Part shown: in pieces, positions 27,414-32,000 of the stretch
How the letters are laid out: every line of letters begins with the position of its first letter
How positions within the stretch are numbered: position 1 is the stretch's first letter
Assembly: GCF_014280175.1 (NCBI RefSeq)
Contig: NZ_CP047931.1
Location: 600,001-632,000, forward strand
DNA from: Synechococcus sp. A15-28
Lineage (GTDB): Bacteria; Cyanobacteriota; Cyanobacteriia; PCC-6307; Cyanobiaceae
Reading direction: 5' to 3'
Length of the DNA: 32,000 nt
Notes under the pieces: generated by a model
What the model was told of the DNA's origin: nothing
What the model saw: the letters and a program-made list of their open reading frames with translations, nothing else
Database searches by the model: none
Translations under genes and position numbers: made by a program

Positions 27414-28452
27414 GGGGCAGAACCTCTTCAGGGAAGACGAAGTTTTCGTGCGGCTGGTCAGCCGGTGCCATCCAGGCACGCAGTCCTTCATTAAGAAGGA
27501 TGTTCTTGGTGTAGAAGGTCTCGAATTCGGGATCTTCTGCAGCGCGGATTTCCTGTGACACGAAGTCATAGGCGCGCAGGTTGAGGGCCAGGCCGATGAT
27601 GCCGATGGAGCTGGTCCACAGGCCCATCACAGGAACGAACAGCATGAAGAAGTGCAGCCAGCGCTTGTTGGAGAAGGCGATACCGAAGATCTGACTCCAG
27701 AAGCGGTTGGCGGTGACCATGGAATAGGTCTCTTCTTCCTGCGTGGGCTCGAACGCCTTGAAGGTGTTGGCCTGCTCGCCGTCCTCAAACAGGGTGTTTT
27801 CCACGGTGGCGCCGTGAATGGCGCAGAGGAGTGCACCGCCGAGGATGCCGGCGACGCCCATCATGTGGAAGGGGTTCAGGGTCCAGTTATGGAAGCCCTG
27901 GAGGAAGAGAAGGAAGCGGAAGATCGCAGCCACACCGAAGGAGGGCGCGAAGAACCAGCTGCTCTGGCCGAGGGGGTACATCAGAAAGACACTGACGAAC
28001 ACCGCGATCGGACCGGAGAAGGCGATGGCGTTGTAAGGGCGGATGCCGACCAGACGGGCGATTTCGAACTGACGCAGCATGAAGCCGATCAGCGCGAAGG
28101 CGCCGTGCAGGGCCACGAAGGCCCAGAGGCCGCCGAGCTGACACCAGCGAACGAAGTCACCCTGGGCTTCAGGGCCCCAGAGCAGCAGGAGGCTGTGACC
28201 CATCGCATCAGCGGGGGTGGACACAGCGGCGGTGAGGAAGTTGCAACCTTCCAGGTACGAGGAGGCGATGCCGTGGGTGTACCAGGAGGTGACAAAGGTG
28301 GTGCCTGTGAGCCAGCCACCGATGGCCAGATAGGCCGTGGGGAAGAGAAGAATGCCGGACCAGCCGACAAAAACGAAGCGGTCGCGCTTGAGCCAGTCAT
28401 CGAGGATGTCAAACCATCCCCGCTGAGGCGCGCGTCCTACAGCGATCGTCAT
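27397..28452 (-). CDS. psbD: Photosystem II D2 protein
   Basis: [47 protein letters not shown]... D2 sequence; start at the in-frame ATG 28452 rather than 28509. Confidence 0.97.
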   Translation of the reverse strand: MTIAVGRAPQRGWFDILDDWLKRDRFVFVGWSGILLFPTAYLAIGGWLTGTTFVTSWYTHGIASSYLEGCNFLTAAVSTPADAMGHSLLLLWGPEAQGDFVRWCQLGGLWAFVALHGAFALIGFMLRQFEIARLVGIRPYNAIAFSGPIAVFVSVFLMYPLGQSSWFFAPSFGVAAIFRFLLFLQGFHNWTLNPFHMMGVAGILGGALLCAIHGATVENTLFEDGEQANTFKAFEPTQEEETYSMVTANRFWSQIFGIAFSNKRWLHFFMLFVPVMGLWTSSIGIIGLALNLRAYDFVSQEIRAAEDPEFETFYTKNILLNEGLRAWMAPADQPHENFVFPEEVLPRGNAL

Positions 28453-28506
28453 GAGAGGTGAACGGTGCGGTGAACCGCAGGCTGTGGGATACGCCAGCGA
28501 CCTTAA

Positions 28507-29178
<672 letters not shown>

Positions 29179-29182
29179 ACCC

Positions 29183-29854
29183 ATGCGTCGTTTTGTTCTC
29201 TGGTCCCTGCTGCTGTTGCTGCCCCTGATGGTGAGCTGCAGCCCTTCACCGAGAGCGGAGGTGTCCCGTGGTTGCGCTGATGCGGATGCCGCCTGCCTGC
29301 AAGGAAAGGCCACCGTGCTGATGAGCACCAGTCGTGGTGACATCACCATCGAGGTGGATGGTGATGCCGCCCCGCTCACGGCCGGCAACTTCGTTGATCT
29401 GGTGCGTCGCGGGACCTACGACGGCACCATGTTCCACCGCGTGGTTCGCGAGCCTGTTCCTTTCGTGGTCCAGGGGGGTGATCCCCAGTCCAGCGATCGC
29501 TCCGTTCCCCTCAGTCAGCTGGGAACCGGCAGCTTTGTGGATCCCTCCAACGGTCTGGCGCGGATGATTCCGTTGGAGCTGAGTTTCGAGGGCGAAGACG
29601 CACCGCGCTACAGCCGGGTCAGCAGCAACCCCAGCGAACTCCAGAACCTGGTCTTGACACATGAGCGTGGCGCCGTGGCCATGGCCCGTTCCCAGGCGCC
29701 TGATTCCGCCAGTGCGCAGTTCTACATCGCCCTGCGTCCGCTGCCGGAGCTGGATGGCCGTTACGCCGTCTTTGGTCGGGTGGCGAAAGGTCTGGAGCTG
29801 GTGGACATGATCGAGCAGGGGGATCGCATTGAAACGGCTCGCCTGAGCGACTGA
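29183..29854 (+). CDS. Peptidyl-prolyl cis-trans isomerase, cyclophilin type, with lipoprotein-like signal
   Basis: ADNFVDLVRRGTYDGTMFHRVV-like core (AGNFVDLVRRGTYDGTMFHRVVREPVPFVVQGGDPQ); N-terminus MRRFVLWSLLLLLPLMVSCSPSP resembles a lipobox. Confidence 0.9.
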   Translation: MRRFVLWSLLLLLPLMVSCSPSPRAEVSRGCADADAACLQGKATVLMSTSRGDITIEVDGDAAPLTAGNFVDLVRRGTYDGTMFHRVVREPVPFVVQGGDPQSSDRSVPLSQLGTGSFVDPSNGLARMIPLELSFEGEDAPRYSRVSSNPSELQNLVLTHERGAVAMARSQAPDSASAQFYIALRPLPELDGRYAVFGRVAKGLELVDMIEQGDRIETARLSD

Positions 29855-29856
29855 GC

Positions 29857-30387
29857 TCAGGCCGGCACCCGGTTTTCGCTGGGGGACACCTTCAGCAGCT
29901 CGGTGTTCACTCCCGACGCCCTCTCCAGGGCCACCTTGCCGGTGCGGGCAATTTCCAGGATCCCGAAGGGCGCCATCAGGCGCTCCAGGGCCACCAGTTT
30001 TCCGGGATCCCCCACCACTTCCAGGGTGAGGGCTTCGTTGGCCACATCCACCACCTTGGCCCTGAACACCTGCACCAGGTCGAAGACCGCGCTCCGTGTC
30101 TCGGCAGGGGCGGACACCTTCAGCAGCATCAGTTCCCGCTCCACGGCAGGCCGTTGCGTCAGGTCGAGCACCTGAAGCACGTTCACCAGCTTGTCCAGCT
30201 GTTTGGTCATTTGCTGGAGGGTCTGGTCATCTCCCTCCACCACCATGGTGAGGCGCGATTGGCGTTCGGCCTCGGCAGGACCCACCGCCAGGCTGTCGAT
30301 GTTGAAGCCGCGGCGGGCGAACAGTCCGGCGATCCGACTGAGGGCGCCGGATTCGTCCTCCACCAGCACCGAAAGGGTGTGTTTCAT
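29857..30387 (-). CDS. ilvH: Acetolactate synthase small subunit
   Basis: [39 protein letters not shown]...; start at the in-frame ATG 30387. Confidence 0.94.
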   Translation of the reverse strand: MKHTLSVLVEDESGALSRIAGLFARRGFNIDSLAVGPAEAERQSRLTMVVEGDDQTLQQMTKQLDKLVNVLQVLDLTQRPAVERELMLLKVSAPAETRSAVFDLVQVFRAKVVDVANEALTLEVVGDPGKLVALERLMAPFGILEIARTGKVALERASGVNTELLKVSPSENRVPA

Positions 30388-30412
30388 CGCTGCTGGTCGT
30401 TCCCGGCCGATC

Positions 30413-31324
30413 TCACACACCCAAGTTACGGTCCAGCCACGGCAGGACCAGGGCAACGAACTGTTCCGGACGTTCGTCATGGGGGCAGTGGCCGCAGGCA
30501 TCGATCACCTGCAGTTCGGTGTTGGGTCGGCAGGCGTGGATCTGTCGGGTCACGCTCAGGGGCACAAATCGATCCTGCTGTCCCCAGATCAACAGCAATG
30601 GACATTTCAATTGCTTCAGCAGGGCCGGGGCCGTTGCCCCCCGCGGTCGCAGGGCCATGCCCATGCTCATCGCCCGAAGAGCGCGGGCAGCAGTCGGGCG
30701 GCGCGCTGGTCGGGCAATCAGCTGCAGCAGCTCCCGATCCGAAGCGATCGATTGGTGGTAAGCCCCCTGGAGGCCCGATCTGAGCAGACCTGAGCGGGCG
30801 ATCAGGGGCACCAGCAGCTCGAGGGGCAGCAGCCTCAGAACCAATCCCACGAGGCGCCGTTGCCAACGGCGTCGCCAGGGCGTTCGTCGTGATGGGATCG
30901 GTTGGATCAGGGCTGGGTCCGGCAGCGGTGCGGCCACCACAGCGCGGATCAGTTCCGGTTGGAGCACGGCGGCGGTCAGGGCCGTCAGGGCCCCCAGGGA
31001 ATTGCCCAGCAGTACGGCAGGTCGCTGCACCACCTGTTCGATAAAGGCGTTCACCTGTCGTCCCCAGAGGCGGTTGTCCATGGGGATCGTCGGCTGGTCG
31101 GAGGCTCCGAATCCCAGCAGATCCAGGCTGAACACGCGCCAGCCTTCTTTTGCCAGTCGTGGAGCCGTCTTGCGCCAGTGGCCACTGGCAGCTCCGAATC
31201 CATGCAGCAGAACTATCGCCGGACCATGCTCTGGGCCCAGGATTCTCCAGTGGCACGACCAGCCCTTCCAACGCCAGAGGGCCTGGTCACCCCAGTCGGC
31301 AGTCTGGTGAGCAGTGGTGGTCAA
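30413..31324 (-). CDS. Alpha/beta hydrolase
   Basis: [42 protein letters not shown], nucleophile elbow [40 protein letters not shown]. Confidence 0.88.
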   Translation of the reverse strand: MTTTAHQTADWGDQALWRWKGWSCHWRILGPEHGPAIVLLHGFGAASGHWRKTAPRLAKEGWRVFSLDLLGFGASDQPTIPMDNRLWGRQVNAFIEQVVQRPAVLLGNSLGALTALTAAVLQPELIRAVVAAPLPDPALIQPIPSRRTPWRRRWQRRLVGLVLRLLPLELLVPLIARSGLLRSGLQGAYHQSIASDRELLQLIARPARRPTAARALRAMSMGMALRPRGATAPALLKQLKCPLLLIWGQQDRFVPLSVTRQIHACRPNTELQVIDACGHCPHDERPEQFVALVLPWLDRNLGV

Positions 31325-32000
31325 AGCACTGGTCGATCCGGAACCTCACTATCGCGAGGGGGCAGCCGAGCTGCTGCTCGGTGACGGCTTCTTCCGCCGC
31401 GACTCTCGGCCGGCCCGGGATTGTTCGGTGCTGCTGGCCTGGCATCAGGCCAGGACGACAACCCGCGAACAACCCCTCCAGTGGCTTGATCTGATGGCCG
31501 GATGCGGCATCCGTGCGCTGCGCTGGGGGCTGGAGGCTGGCGCAGCCTGTTCGATGCCCCCGGAGATCGTGGTGAACGATGCCGATGGCGATCGGCGGTC
31601 CCTGCTGGAGCACAACCTCCGGCCGTTGGCAGCGGCGACCTGCAGCAACGTCCCCGCCGAGCGACTGTTGTGCCAGGCCCAGCTGGAGGGGCATCGCTTT
31701 GATCTGATTGATCTGGATGCCTTCGGCCAGCCGGGTGCCCTGCTCCAGCCAGCCCTGCAGGTGCTTGCGCCGGAGGGAATTCTTGTTCTGGCCAGTACGG
31801 ATGGTCGTTCTCCCACCGGCCATGACCGTTGCGGCGCGATCCGCAGTTTCGGAGCAGCCGCGCGGGCCCATCCCGCCAGCTGGGAGCTGGCGCTGCGCCA
31901 ACAGCTGGGGTTACTGGCACGACAGGCCTGGTTGCTGGGCCGCGGAATCCAACCGTTGTTGAATTTCAGCGACGGTCGCACCTTTCGTCTGGCGATCCGT
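31314..32000 (+). CDS. trm1: tRNA (guanine-N2)-dimethyltransferase Trm1, partial (runs off window)
   Basis: Absent from the ORF track because it has no stop in the window. Translation from GTG 31314/31317: [46 protein letters not shown]...LDLMAGCGIRALRWGLEAG...VNDADG...DLIDLDAFGQPGALLQPAL...LVLASTDGRSPTGHDR. Confidence 0.85.
   Translation, partial: MVVKALVDPEPHYREGAAELLLGDGFFRRDSRPARDCSVLLAWHQARTTTREQPLQWLDLMAGCGIRALRWGLEAGAACSMPPEIVVNDADGDRRSLLEHNLRPLAAATCSNVPAERLLCQAQLEGHRFDLIDLDAFGQPGALLQPALQVLAPEGILVLASTDGRSPTGHDRCGAIRSFGAAARAHPASWELALRQQLGLLARQAWLLGRGIQPLLNFSDGRTFRLAIR

Noticed and set aside
27414-27569. N-terminal extension of the psbC ORF ([11 protein letters not shown]...)
   Set aside because: Lies within psbD. 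The conserved CP43 start is the GTG at 27413, giving the usual psbD/psbC overlap; not a novel fusion.

Overview
Marine Synechococcus/Prochlorococcus-type cyanobacterial chromosome. High-GC housekeeping flanks (glycosyltransferase, MFS, recO, deoC, lrtA/hpf, lipB, acyl-CoA/ACP synthetase, YlqD-like, pdhC, queA on the left; cysK, two Cys/Met PLP enzymes, psbC-psbD, ycf4, cyclophilin, ilvH, alpha/beta hydrolase and trm1 on the right) surround a compositionally different accessory segment at about 10.4-22.0 kb. The segment encodes a beta-carbonic anhydrase, a cation/proton antiporter, a DUF1345-like membrane protein, two paralogous small Gly/Ala-rich DUF5132-like proteins and two small HMA2-like/transmembrane proteins. 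It also encodes an intact P-type ATPase with no CPx motif, a second P-type ATPase homologue that has lost its catalytic motifs, an ArsA/Get3-like protein without a visible P-loop but with an HSP20-like tail, a TMEM165/GDT1-family protein with an altered first motif, and an HTH-like protein. The core (13.36-20.78 kb) is the best candidate for an undescribed system: a P-type ATPase/pseudo-ATPase pair with small membrane partners, loosely reminiscent of ferrosome (fez)-type clusters. That functional link is inference only.
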